DNA of 56,711 nucleotides, taken from the IMG/VR virus record IMGVR_UViG_3300024259_000040, positions 1 through 56,711 of that record; one strand, given 5' to 3'. Within the stretch, counting starts at the first letter, position 1. Each line of letters begins with the position of its first letter. Below the pieces are notes generated by a model, which was not told the origin of the DNA, did not search any database, and saw nothing but the letters and a program-made list of their open reading frames with translations. This document shows, piece by piece, positions 25,097 to 35,500 of this stretch. A program made the translations under genes and the position numbers. The DNA comes from a virus (lineage: Duplodnaviria; Caudoviricetes).

Positions 25097-26718
25097 TGCC
25101 TCCGCGCCGTAAAGCCCTCCCTGTCCCGCCGCATGGCGTCCCTTTCCTGGGCGAGCATGACCGCGCTGCGCTGACCTCTAATGTGTATGTGCGCGGCTTC
25201 ATGCGTCGCATGCGCAACTACCACCTGGGTATCGACGGGGCGACCAAGCGATATGGCACGCAGCCCTACCAGGCTATCGGCGAGTCTTACATGAAGGGGA
25301 CCGGCACGACCCCTATACAGTCGCTGGCTATGTATGATTTCTCTGGCACGCGCCATATTGTCGGCGTCTGCGGCGGCGATCTGTATGCCTATAACGGCAC
25401 GACGCTCGTCAAAAGCGCGATCACCGGCGCGCTGACGATCGCCTCGGGGGCCGACAGCCACCTACGCTGGGCGCCTTATGACAACAGCACCAACGCCCTC
25501 CTCATAGGGTCGGACGGCACAAACCCGCTGTTCAAGTGGACGGGGACCGGCAATGCGACCGTCCTGGGGGGGACACCGCCGACCAAGGCGCGCGGCATCG
25601 CTGCCTTCCAGGGACGGCTGTTCGTCATCAACACTGATGCGGGCGCCACAGCGACCGAATATTCTAACGACGCGACAGTCGATACGTGGGGCGCCGGGCA
25701 GATCTTCCATTGCAGTCGTAGCAGCGAGGGGATGGCGCTGGTCAATCATGGCGAGAACTACCTGATAGCGTTCCATCGTAAGTCGTGGCATAAGATCTCC
25801 TTCTTTTATGTCGATACCGGGTTGTCGGATAGTTACTTCCGGCAAGACCCTGGCGGCGAGACGGGCCTTATCTCACCCGATGCGGCGATCCACTACCAGG
25901 GCGTGACCTATTTTGCGTCCTCCGATGGCATCTACGCTATCACCGACCCCGAGAAGAAAGAGAAGAAGATCTCCGGCGCTATCGACGCTTTTTGGGAGCA
26001 GTTGGTCGATAAGCGGATAGACAATATCACGGTCTGCGAGCGCGGTCGTGGGTTCAATGAGATCGTCTTTTTCGTCTCGACGGTCGATACCGACGAAAAC
26101 GACGCGGCGATCATCTACAACCCCGAGGTGGCTAAGTATTATCGCGGGAAAGATGAGACGGCCGGCTGGACCATATTTGAGAGCGCCAGTGGCTATCTCA
26201 AGTATAACTGTGGCCTCACCTGGACCGACTCGTCGGATCGTGAGATCCTACTGCTGGGCGGGTATGACGGTATGATCCATGAGGGATGGGGCAACGACCA
26301 GTATGCGACCGGCTATCTGGATGGCGGCACGACGGGCGTGGCTGTCACGACTGAGCTATGGACCGGCTACGTCGCCCCAGCGGGACCGGCCTGGGTGACG
26401 GGCCTCCGCGCCCTACAGGCCGATCTGATCGTCAACGGCGCGCGCGACTTCTCCTTTGTCATCTATGGCAATGACCAGACACCGGCCTACGTAGACAGCC
26501 AGGCGTCCGCCGGCGGCAGCGGCGATGAGCTGGATGTAGGCTTCATATTCGATCAGTCCTACTTCACTGATGAGGGCGTCGCTGGTATAGAGCTGGACGA
26601 GATCAACGGGTCGGCGCGCTACTTCCAAGCACAGGTATCCGAGAATTCACAATTAGTCCCACACTCCGTCTCCGGTTTGCGCTACATGCACGTGCCAGAG
26701 CGAAAGGCTATCGCGTAA
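25096..26718 (+). CDS. Tail nozzle/stabilisation protein (P22 gp10/T7 gp12-like beta-propeller)
   Basis: KRYGT N-terminal motif, FQGRLFV, YFASSDGIY; beta-rich; position. Confidence 0.7.
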   Translation: MPPRRKALPVPPHGVPFLGEHDRAALTSNVYVRGFMRRMRNYHLGIDGATKRYGTQPYQAIGESYMKGTGTTPIQSLAMYDFSGTRHIVGVCGGDLYAYNGTTLVKSAITGALTIASGADSHLRWAPYDNSTNALLIGSDGTNPLFKWTGTGNATVLGGTPPTKARGIAAFQGRLFVINTDAGATATEYSNDATVDTWGAGQIFHCSRSSEGMALVNHGENYLIAFHRKSWHKISFFYVDTGLSDSYFRQDPGGETGLISPDAAIHYQGVTYFASSDGIYAITDPEKKEKKISGAIDAFWEQLVDKRIDNITVCERGRGFNEIVFFVSTVDTDENDAAIIYNPEVAKYYRGKDETAGWTIFESASGYLKYNCGLTWTDSSDREILLLGGYDGMIHEGWGNDQYATGYLDGGTTGVAVTTELWTGYVAPAGPAWVTGLRALQADLIVNGARDFSFVIYGNDQTPAYVDSQASAGGSGDELDVGFIFDQSYFTDEGVAGIELDEINGSARYFQAQVSENSQLVPHSVSGLRYMHVPERKAIA

Positions 26719-29700
26719 TGACGCAAGTGACCTCCCCTATCCCGCCCAAGAAGAAGAAACGCCCCGAGGATATGTGGGCCGACATGCAAAAACCGTCCTC
26801 GGGCATCTACGGCGAGGCGATCGCTGCGGCGAGCAAGCGCTTGAAGAATCCGACGGATGGGTTCACGACCGACCAGGCGGGCCAGGTGGAGCGGTTCTAC
26901 ACCCAGCAGTATGAGGAGGGTGCCGGCAAGCGCATGAAGGGCGTGCAGGCGCAGCTCCGCTCGATCGGTATGTATGACTCGGGCCGTCACTCGGAGGCGC
27001 TCATCAATAATGAGAAGCGCCTGTCGGCCGACATCGCCCAAAACGTCACGGTCCCGCTCATCATGGACGACCGCGACCGTCGCATGGCGCTCCAGCAACA
27101 GACGATCGAGCAAGCGCAGTCGCTGGGGCGGGGCGAGCATGATATGACGATGCAGCGGGGCGACCTGGGGCTGCGTGAGCGGGGTATGTCGTTGGAGGAG
27201 AAAGAGCAGGGGCAGGCGGCGGGTATCCGCGACAGGATGCAAGCCCTGGAGGAGAAGATAAAGTCGGGTAATCTGAGCATCGCCGAGCGTCAACAGGCTG
27301 TGGACGAGCTGGAGCAGTTGCAGGCATCGAGCGTGCGTGAGCGGGGTATGTCATTGGAGGAGAAAGAGCAGGGGTCCGTCGCGACCGCTCGGGAGGCACA
27401 GACCAAGCTGGCGCAGGATCAACTGGCTCTGGAGAAGCGCCTGGAGGAAGCGCGGCTCTCTGGCGATCTGGATGGCCATCGGACGATTGAGAAGCAGTTG
27501 GCGGATCTGGATCATATAATCCGAAGAGAGCAAGTGGAACAGGATCAGCAACGGATCGACTTAGAGAAGCGCCTGGAGGAAGCGCGCCTGTCGGGCGACA
27601 TCGGCGAACAGCGGACCATTCAGGGGCAACTGGCCGACCTACAGGGTGAGATCGAGCGCGGCCAGTTGGACGAGAATCAACGTCAGTTCAACACCTCACA
27701 GACGGGTATCCTGCAGTCTGGTCCGATCACCCTCGAATCAATCATCGACCCTGCGCGCCTGCGTGACTTCCAGACGCGCGAGCAGATGCGTCGCCTGGGG
27801 GAGGGCGAGCTGGAAGCGTTCCAAGCTGAGATCAAACAGCGTTTCTCTGAGCTGGCCGGTCGGCCGCCAACCGACGAGGAGTTCCAAGCGCTCTGGTATA
27901 ACCAGCCGGTGCAGGTGCAAGGCCAACAAACCCTCTCCGCGCAGGATCTGGCCCAACAACGGCAGTTACAACAACAGCAGATCGACATACAACAGCAACT
28001 GGCCGACCTGTCCGATAAGATCCAGACCGCCCAGCAGTCGGGCAAGCTCGGGGAGGACGAGCTGCCCACCCTGGAAGCACAGCGCGTCCAACTGGCAAAG
28101 GATCAGCAGGATATTGACGAGCGTCTGTCCTATTTCGGGCAGGCCGAGCAGTCGCGCCAGTTCAACGTCACACAGACGGGTCGCATCGGCACAGAGGGTA
28201 CAGTCAATGCAGAGACGCTCAAAATCGACCTGTCCGGCCTGGTTAATAGAGAGAAGGGTGGGTTTGATAGGGATGTTTTTGATCGCGTGGCGCCACGCGC
28301 AAAGGCAGCCCTGGAAGCGGCGGGCATACAGGCAACACCCGCTCTGATCGGCGCTATCCTATCGGGCCGCGATGTGGATAGTAATGGCCAGTTGACGTTG
28401 GCGGCGACCGAGCAGGCGACACAGGCGGGGATGCAGGCGGGTGGTCTTAACCTGGAGCAGCAGCGTGTCGAATTGGAAGCGGAGATACAACGTGACGGGG
28501 TAGCCCTGGAGAAGGCGCGCGTCATGGGCGTCGATGTGGATGAGGTCAAGACCCTGGAGGCGAAGCTGGCCGAGGGACAGCAGAAGCTGGGGGAGACCGA
28601 GCTGGCGTTGCGTGCCGAGGAGTTCTTCGCCGCGCAGACGGGTCAGGTGGGGCGCCAAGGCAGTGTGACCGCCGACCAGTTGGGCGTAGTGATACGGGGG
28701 GATGAGACGCCCGAGGAGCGGGCGACATTGACCGACCGCCTCAACCGAGCGATGACGGCGGCGGGCCTCGACCCCTCTCCGGCCAACCTGAAAAGCCTCA
28801 TGGCTGGTGAGAGCATCGACACGACAGGGACACTGACGCTGGGCGCGCGCGACCAGGCCGGGTCGCAGGCACTGGAGCAGCAGCGCATCGAGCTAGAGGA
28901 GCAACTGCGGACGGCTGAATTATCCGGCGATATTAACGGGGCCAGCACGATCAAGCAACAGATGGCCACTCTGGACGCAGAGAGGCAGCGCGCCCAGCTA
29001 TCCTTCGATGAGGCGGGGCTGACGGGGAGGTATGCGCGCCCTGTGACGGCCGCCGACTTCGGTATCGACGTGAGCGAATACCTCAACGCCGATGGCACGT
29101 TGAAGGACATGGACAAGTTCATAGCGGCGGGCGACCGCTTTGAGGCCAACTTCGAGGCTATGTATGGGCGCCCACTGACAGAGCCAGAGGCGCACGCATT
29201 AGCGATGGGCAAGGAGGTCGTCATCTCGGAGGATACACAGGCGGGCCTCTCCGAGACACAGCGGCGCACTCTGGAAGCGGAGATACAGCGTGACGGGATG
29301 GCCCTGGAGAAGGCGCGCGTCATGGGCGTCGATGAGGGGGAGATCAAGACCCTGGAGGCCAAGATAGCCGACAAGGAGGCCGAGCTGGACGCCGCCCGCC
29401 TCAAGCTGGAGGAGCGCGGCGTGGCCGTCGAGGAGGAGAAGGTCGATCTGGCTGAGAAGGAACTGAACATCAACGAAGCACTACAAGGGCGCTCCCTCGA
29501 CATCGAAGAGGCGCGCGTATCGCTACAGGAGGCGGCCGAGACGAACAGGCAGGCGCTCGAACGGTTACAGGCGCTGGGTCAGGAGGTCGATCCTGAGACG
29601 GGCGAGACGATAGAGACACTGCAGGCCCGTCAGTTTGCTCTCAATAAACAGCTTGAGGTGGCCGACAGGACGGGTAAGTTCGCCACCACAGCCAGCGCCG

Positions 29701-31544
29701 CCGATTTCGGTATCGACGTTAATACCTACCTCAATGCCGATGGCACGTTGAAGGACTTCGACAAGTCTTTAGAGATGGCCGATCTCCTTGAAAACAACTT
29801 CAAAGAGATTTACGGGCGCGAGCTGTTACCGATTGAGGCGCACGATCTGGCGATGGGTGGAGACATTGGTGTCGTGTTGGAGACGATGGAAGGAAAGAGC
29901 CTCGATAATGAGGAGGCGCGGGCGACGTGGGTCAAGTCTATGGAGGAGGCCGATCGGACGGGTAAGATCATTGATCCTATGACGGGGAACCCTCAACTGA
30001 CCCTATCGGCGCAGGCCGAGAAGAACGACAAGGAGCTGCGCGAGGCGGGGCTGGACAACGAGGCCGATTCGATCGCCAATAGTTTTAAGTCGTTCAACGC
30101 CGAGCTTAGGCAGCGGGCGAACGAGTCCATTCGGGAACACAACCTCAACGACAAACAGGCGACCGCCGCTATTGCTAATATCTATGCCGAGATTGAGAAC
30201 CGGAAGAAGGCGTTGGAGCAGTCGGCCGTCGAATTTATCTCACAGAACGAGCAGGCGTGGGCGCAGATCATGGGCAGCTCTTTCATGGGTGGCTCTATCA
30301 GCGCCGAGACGTTGGGCGTTAACCTCTCCTCGACCATGTCGGACGCCGAGAAGCGGTCTACCATCGAGCGGGCGTTCAAGACGGCGACGGGGCGCGCACC
30401 GACGAAGACGGAGTCGTACAACCTGTCCAAAGGGTACGATATTGATGTCGAGTCGTCCCCGACGCAAGCGGCGAAACAATTCGCCGCGACCATGGCGTCG
30501 CAGGACATGGACCGGGCGGTCGATGTGAGTCGCGTATCGAATGAATACACCATCGACCACGGGAAGTTGGAGCAGTATATCAAGGAATCGGATAGGAACT
30601 ACACCACCACGACGCAACAGGTGGCCGACAAGTATAGCCTGGACCGTATGCAGTTCGGCATGGCAAAGATGGAGCTGGACGCCAGGCTGACGGGTAAGGT
30701 CAATATCTCGGGTAGTTACTCGGCCAAAGACCTGGGGATAGAGGAGCCGCCTTCTCAGTGGGACCGGCTGACTACCGACCAAAAAAAGGCTTTTACGGAG
30801 TCCACGCGCGATGTCTTCGAGACGCTGCAGGGGCGCGCACTGAGCGATGATGAGATCATTAACCTCGCAGGCGGCGGTAAGGTGGCCGTGCAGACGCTCG
30901 ACACGCAGGCGTCGAAGGAATGGGCCACGGCCGCGCGCGAGTCGGCGTCGCGCTTTGGGCTGGACGAGGATAAGTTCCTCGAAGCGGCTGGACAGTTCGA
31001 CGCCGAATATGCGCTTTCTGATCGCAATACATGGGCGCAACTGACCGGCGCAGCGTATGGCGTGGAGGGGGGCGCGACGGAGGGCAAGCGGACCTCGACG
31101 GTCGGATGGAAACAGTACAGCAATGCCAAGAAGGCGTTCGATGAGAGCGAGATAGAGCGGGACGAGGTGTGGCGTGGTATGATGACGCAGGATCAAATCC
31201 CGGTGAATGCCGATTTGCTGATTAGGGAATTGAATTTTGATAACTTTGAGATAAGGGATGCTTCAAAGGTTAGCGATCAAGAGATCCAAGACGCTTTTTA
31301 TGATTCGCGCGGATATGAGTTAAAGTCTTATGAGGTTCAGATGATTCGCGATGGCGCTGGTCAAGGAAAGAAAGCAAAAATCAACATTGGCACGGGCGTC
31401 GCTTTGGGCGACCCTGACGCCGTCGCGGCGATCGCCAATTTCGTCAATGGCCATAGCGTCGCCCTGGCACCGGCTCAGTCGTCCACTTGGGAGAATATCG
31501 GCGGGTTAGTAGGCACGATCGCCACGCTGGCAATAGCCGCATAG
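26718..31544 (+). CDS. Large internal virion/ejection protein with coiled-coil and internal repeats (1608 aa)
   Basis: Q/E-rich helices, RQFN motifs, duplicated segments, C-terminal WENIGGLVGTIATLAIAA. Confidence 0.65.
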   Translation: MTQVTSPIPPKKKKRPEDMWADMQKPSSGIYGEAIAAASKRLKNPTDGFTTDQAGQVERFYTQQYEEGAGKRMKGVQAQLRSIGMYDSGRHSEALINNEKRLSADIAQNVTVPLIMDDRDRRMALQQQTIEQAQSLGRGEHDMTMQRGDLGLRERGMSLEEKEQGQAAGIRDRMQALEEKIKSGNLSIAERQQAVDELEQLQASSVRERGMSLEEKEQGSVATAREAQTKLAQDQLALEKRLEEARLSGDLDGHRTIEKQLADLDHIIRREQVEQDQQRIDLEKRLEEARLSGDIGEQRTIQGQLADLQGEIERGQLDENQRQFNTSQTGILQSGPITLESIIDPARLRDFQTREQMRRLGEGELEAFQAEIKQRFSELAGRPPTDEEFQALWYNQPVQVQGQQTLSAQDLAQQRQLQQQQIDIQQQLADLSDKIQTAQQSGKLGEDELPTLEAQRVQLAKDQQDIDERLSYFGQAEQSRQFNVTQTGRIGTEGTVNAETLKIDLSGLVNREKGGFDRDVFDRVAPRAKAALEAAGIQATPALIGAILSGRDVDSNGQLTLAATEQATQAGMQAGGLNLEQQRVELEAEIQRDGVALEKARVMGVDVDEVKTLEAKLAEGQQKLGETELALRAEEFFAAQTGQVGRQGSVTADQLGVVIRGDETPEERATLTDRLNRAMTAAGLDPSPANLKSLMAGESIDTTGTLTLGARDQAGSQALEQQRIELEEQLRTAELSGDINGASTIKQQMATLDAERQRAQLSFDEAGLTGRYARPVTAADFGIDVSEYLNADGTLKDMDKFIAAGDRFEANFEAMYGRPLTEPEAHALAMGKEVVISEDTQAGLSETQRRTLEAEIQRDGMALEKARVMGVDEGEIKTLEAKIADKEAELDAARLKLEERGVAVEEEKVDLAEKELNINEALQGRSLDIEEARVSLQEAAETNRQALERLQALGQEVDPETGETIETLQARQFALNKQLEVADRTGKFATTASAADFGIDVNTYLNADGTLKDFDKSLEMADLLENNFKEIYGRELLPIEAHDLAMGGDIGVVLETMEGKSLDNEEARATWVKSMEEADRTGKIIDPMTGNPQLTLSAQAEKNDKELREAGLDNEADSIANSFKSFNAELRQRANESIREHNLNDKQATAAIANIYAEIENRKKALEQSAVEFISQNEQAWAQIMGSSFMGGSISAETLGVNLSSTMSDAEKRSTIERAFKTATGRAPTKTESYNLSKGYDIDVESSPTQAAKQFAATMASQDMDRAVDVSRVSNEYTIDHGKLEQYIKESDRNYTTTTQQVADKYSLDRMQFGMAKMELDARLTGKVNISGSYSAKDLGIEEPPSQWDRLTTDQKKAFTESTRDVFETLQGRALSDDEIINLAGGGKVAVQTLDTQASKEWATAARESASRFGLDEDKFLEAAGQFDAEYALSDRNTWAQLTGAAYGVEGGATEGKRTSTVGWKQYSNAKKAFDESEIERDEVWRGMMTQDQIPVNADLLIRELNFDNFEIRDASKVSDQEIQDAFYDSRGYELKSYEVQMIRDGAGQGKKAKINIGTGVALGDPDAVAAIANFVNGHSVALAPAQSSTWENIGGLVGTIATLAIAA

Positions 31545-31560
31545 CACAGGAGAAAATGCA

Positions 31561-32589
31561 ATGGGTTTTCTGAGTAAGTTCGGCTCTTTCGCTGGTGGCC
31601 TCAACAAAAGCCTGCAGCCCCTGGCACAGGACAAGCTGCGGGAGAATTCGCAGATACGCGCCGACCAACGCCAATACATCCACGAAACGAAAAATCAATT
31701 TATCCGCAACCAGGACGACCTGGCGCGCGACGAGAAAAACCTTGAGGACAGTTTCCAGGCTCAGAAGCGTACGCGCGAATACCAGGCGGCCCACCCGACA
31801 CCGCAGGAGCAGGCCGACCTAGAGGCGACACGGGCGCGCACGGCGTCGTCGGACGCATCGGCGGCTTACTACGGCAAGGCGTCGGCAGCCGTCCGGTCGC
31901 CCGAGGACATCCTTGCGGCGCAGATAGAGGACAAACGCCAGAAGATTATCGCGCGCACCGCGTCGATGGAGCCGGACGCGTCCATCACCTTCCTGAAGAC
32001 GCAGGAGAAAGAGACGAAATTCTCTTTCGGTGACGCTATCGCCGAGAAGCAGCAACTGGCCAAGATCAACAAGGGCAAGACCACGGCCAAGACGGGCCGC
32101 GACATCCTGCGCGCCTGGGTGAAGGACACAGAGAGCGTCTACACTATCGACCAGGTCGAGGATGTGCGTAAGAGCTACGGCCTGGCCGCTGACGATGCTG
32201 ATTACGAGATGGCCCTGTCGCGGGCAACAGGCGGCAACCCCTACGACCAGCCGCCGCCCGTGCAGGGCAGCTACTTCCAACCGGGCGCCGATACGACCAT
32301 CGTCCCCTCGACGGGCGGCATGAGCGACGAGGAGCGCATGATAGCGGCGGGTGGTGCGGTGGCGCCGTCGTTCAGCGGCGCTGGCACGGTCGGCCCTGGT
32401 GCGCCGACCGCTCCGACGACGACTACCCCGACCGCTCCTATCGAGGTGGAAAATACGACGGGCCTCACACCGGACGACATAACCTACATACGACAGCAGG
32501 CCGAGGCGGCTGGCATGTCCTTCAACGAAGCACGGCAGGAACTCGAACGACAACTCGAAGAACAGGCGCGCACGCAAGGGAGATTCTAA
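31561..32589 (+). CDS. Putative internal virion/ejection protein
   Basis: AGGAG SD; MGFLSKFGSFAGGL N-terminus; helical. Confidence 0.6.
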   Translation: MGFLSKFGSFAGGLNKSLQPLAQDKLRENSQIRADQRQYIHETKNQFIRNQDDLARDEKNLEDSFQAQKRTREYQAAHPTPQEQADLEATRARTASSDASAAYYGKASAAVRSPEDILAAQIEDKRQKIIARTASMEPDASITFLKTQEKETKFSFGDAIAEKQQLAKINKGKTTAKTGRDILRAWVKDTESVYTIDQVEDVRKSYGLAADDADYEMALSRATGGNPYDQPPPVQGSYFQPGADTTIVPSTGGMSDEERMIAAGGAVAPSFSGAGTVGPGAPTAPTTTTPTAPIEVENTTGLTPDDITYIRQQAEAAGMSFNEARQELERQLEEQARTQGRF

Positions 32590-35500
32590 ATGGCCAGTCG
32601 ATTCGCCGGTTTGACGCTCACTTCGCCAAGGGAAGAAGAAGAGGAGCGGCCGTCGCGTAGTCGTTTCGCCGGCCTGACGCTCGCTCCCGCGCCGTCTATC
32701 CCCGAACCGCCTACCCCCGCGCTCCCACCGTCCGACCTACGCCCCGAGCAGGAGGCTTTCCTATCCGGCGATATGACGATGTCACCGCCGTCGATGCCGC
32801 GTGTAGTGCAGGCGGGTGGCGGCACGTCGGTCGTGCCGACCGCACCGGCGCAGCCCGGGCCGTCCTATACCGATCAGATGCGCACCGAGGGACGACCGCT
32901 CACGATGGGCGGCTCCTCTTATGGCGAGAAGCCTAACGCGCTGACGCGCGGCTTCGTCTCTGGCTTTGCCCAACAGAACCCCAATGCATTGGGTGCAGTC
33001 GCCGAGGCGTTCGGTCATCTGGTGCAGTCACCGACGGGCGCGGTCGTCCTGGGGACACTGGCGGGCGGCTCGCCGACGGGTGGGATCGGCCAGGGTATCC
33101 AGATGAGCGCCGGCGTGGGTGAGCGCCTGAAGAAGGCGTCGAAGAAGCTGCGCAGTTATCGGGCGGGGCAGACCTACCAGACGACCGGCCTCTCTCTCAA
33201 AGACATCGAAGACCTCGACACGGCACTGACCTATGCTGGCGAGACGGTCGGCCAGGGGGTCGCCTCAACACTCGCCCCGCTGGCGGGTGGCGCTGTCGGC
33301 GCGCTGGTGGCCGGCCCGGGGGGCGCGATCGCGGGCGCAGCAGGTCCGTCCTATGTCCTCAACATGGGCGACCTCTACGATAGCCTCATTGACGAGAAGA
33401 TCCCCGCCGCACGCGCGGCGGAGATCGCCGCTTATGGCGCTATCCCCCTGGCGGCGCTCGATGCGGCTGGCTCGCTGGGTATCCTCAAGACGATCACCGG
33501 CAACGTCAAGCGCACGCTCATTAAAAACATGGCCAAGCGTATCGCCGCGAAAGCGGCGAAGGGAGCGGCCAGTGAGGGTGGCACGGAGGCGACACAGCAG
33601 ATCGTCCAAGAGGTGATCCGCGACTTTGCATCCGATAGAGACATCCCCCTCGATGAGCAGGCCATGAACGTCCTCGATGCGGCTATCGGCGGCGTCCTGA
33701 CGGGCGGCGCGATGGCGGGGGCGGGTGGCGTGCGACCGGACAAGGCGACCGATCACACGCGGGCCGTCGAGCAGGTCAACCAACGCCTGCAGGAGAAGAT
33801 CACGCCGACGATACCGTTCAGAGAAGCCAACGAGCAGGACGGCAACCTCGGCACGGCGCCCGATGTGCTGGGCTACGAGGAGCGGGCGTTCCCCCAGGAG
33901 ATGCGCGAGCGGTTCCAGCAGGACGAAGCGAAGGCGCGCGAGAAAGCGCAAGGAGACACGGCGCGCGATGCGCTCAACCAGGCCGCCGCTAATATCGGCT
34001 TGACGGAGGAGCAGATCACAGGGCTGGACCGCGCCAGTCTCGCCGAGGCTGTCCACGTCCACGAACAATGGCAGGCACGCGATATTTCCAACAACGAGGC
34101 GACCGAGCAGATGCAGGCGCTGTTTGCTGCCGCCGGCGTTACTCAGGAAGAGGAGGCGGCGCCGATCCAGCGCGTTCAATCGGTCTTCCAAGAGGGCCAG
34201 TTCGCGGCTCCGGCAGTGCAGGCCGAACCTGAACCGGCGCCGCCAGCGGTCGAAGAGACGACCGACGAGCAGGCGACGGAGATCGTCCCACCGAAGGAGC
34301 GACCGACGCTCGACGTGCGCGGTAAGAGACTGGAGCTGCGCTATCCCAAAGGAAACGAGGCGGCGACTCAGGGTAGTATAGACGACGTTCTACTGGCCAA
34401 CATGGGCTTCCGCTATGACAAGGCGACAAAGACGTGGTTTGGCGCGCTCGATGAGGAACGGCAGCAATTCGCTGAACGGCTGGCGGCTGGCGAGGTGATG
34501 GAATTCGGCGGTCCAGAGCTTTTAAGGTCGATGGAACAAAAGGACGCAGCGCGCGCGTCGGTCAGGAAGAATTTCCTCGACAGTCACGGCCAGGTGACGT
34601 TTCAGGCGCCAGTACGGCGGGGAATCGGCGACCGCAAAGGCTTCGCTATCTTCTCACCGTCTACATCGGAGCCAGGTAAATGGCAGGCGACCCTCTTTGA
34701 TGAGGAAGGGCCAGTATCGCACGCCGTTGAAGCCGATTACGACGCACTGCTGAAGGAATACCAGGACGACTACGATATCGACCTGGGCGGCGCGAAGGTC
34801 GCCGAGGCGCCGCAGCAGCGCGCGGAAGAGACGCCAGCAGAGCCGGATTTCGAGGGTATGACCTCCTTACCCGAGCCGCGCACCGGCGGGCCTGCGGAGA
34901 AGCTATATCAGGGCATTGAGGAAGGAACAGACGAAGAGAAGGCGGGCGCCGTCAGAGGGGTCCATGAGCAGGTTATTCAGGATCTCACCATGCGCGGTCG
35001 AATTCTCGCCCATGTCACCGCTCGCCTAAAAGATCCTGACCTTAAAGAGAAAGAGCGGGAAAACCTCGAAGCAGAGAAGAATACCCTCGAACGCGACGTT
35101 GCAGACGAATACGGCGAATATGGCAACGACTTCGGCCTGGATGCCGAGGAGAAGTTGCGCGCTCATGTAGACCAGAGCGTCAACCAGGCGCCGACGAAGG
35201 AGCGAGTGGTCGCCGATATGTCGCTGGAGGAATTCAAGGCCACACGGAAGCCGCCGAATTTCAGCAGCGGTACGGGCGAGGCGACAACCTACGCCGAGAA
35301 AATCGCCAAGTATCGAGCGATGGGCGACGAGAAGGTCCAGGGGGCGGCCACCGGCAATATGCTGGCCGACAAGGTAGAGGCGCAGGCCAAGAAGCTGTTT
35401 GAGGTAGAGCAAAACGCCGATTCTGCGCCGACCGTTACGCAGGATGCGGAACCGAGTACGCCGATTGCGGCAGAGGTCGCGGCGACGGAGGTGGACGAGG

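Noticed and set aside
26718-31544. Tape measure protein
   Set aside because: No tail tube, sheath or tail assembly chaperone genes recognised; the context (adaptor, nozzle, polyvalent protein) fits podoviral ejection proteins
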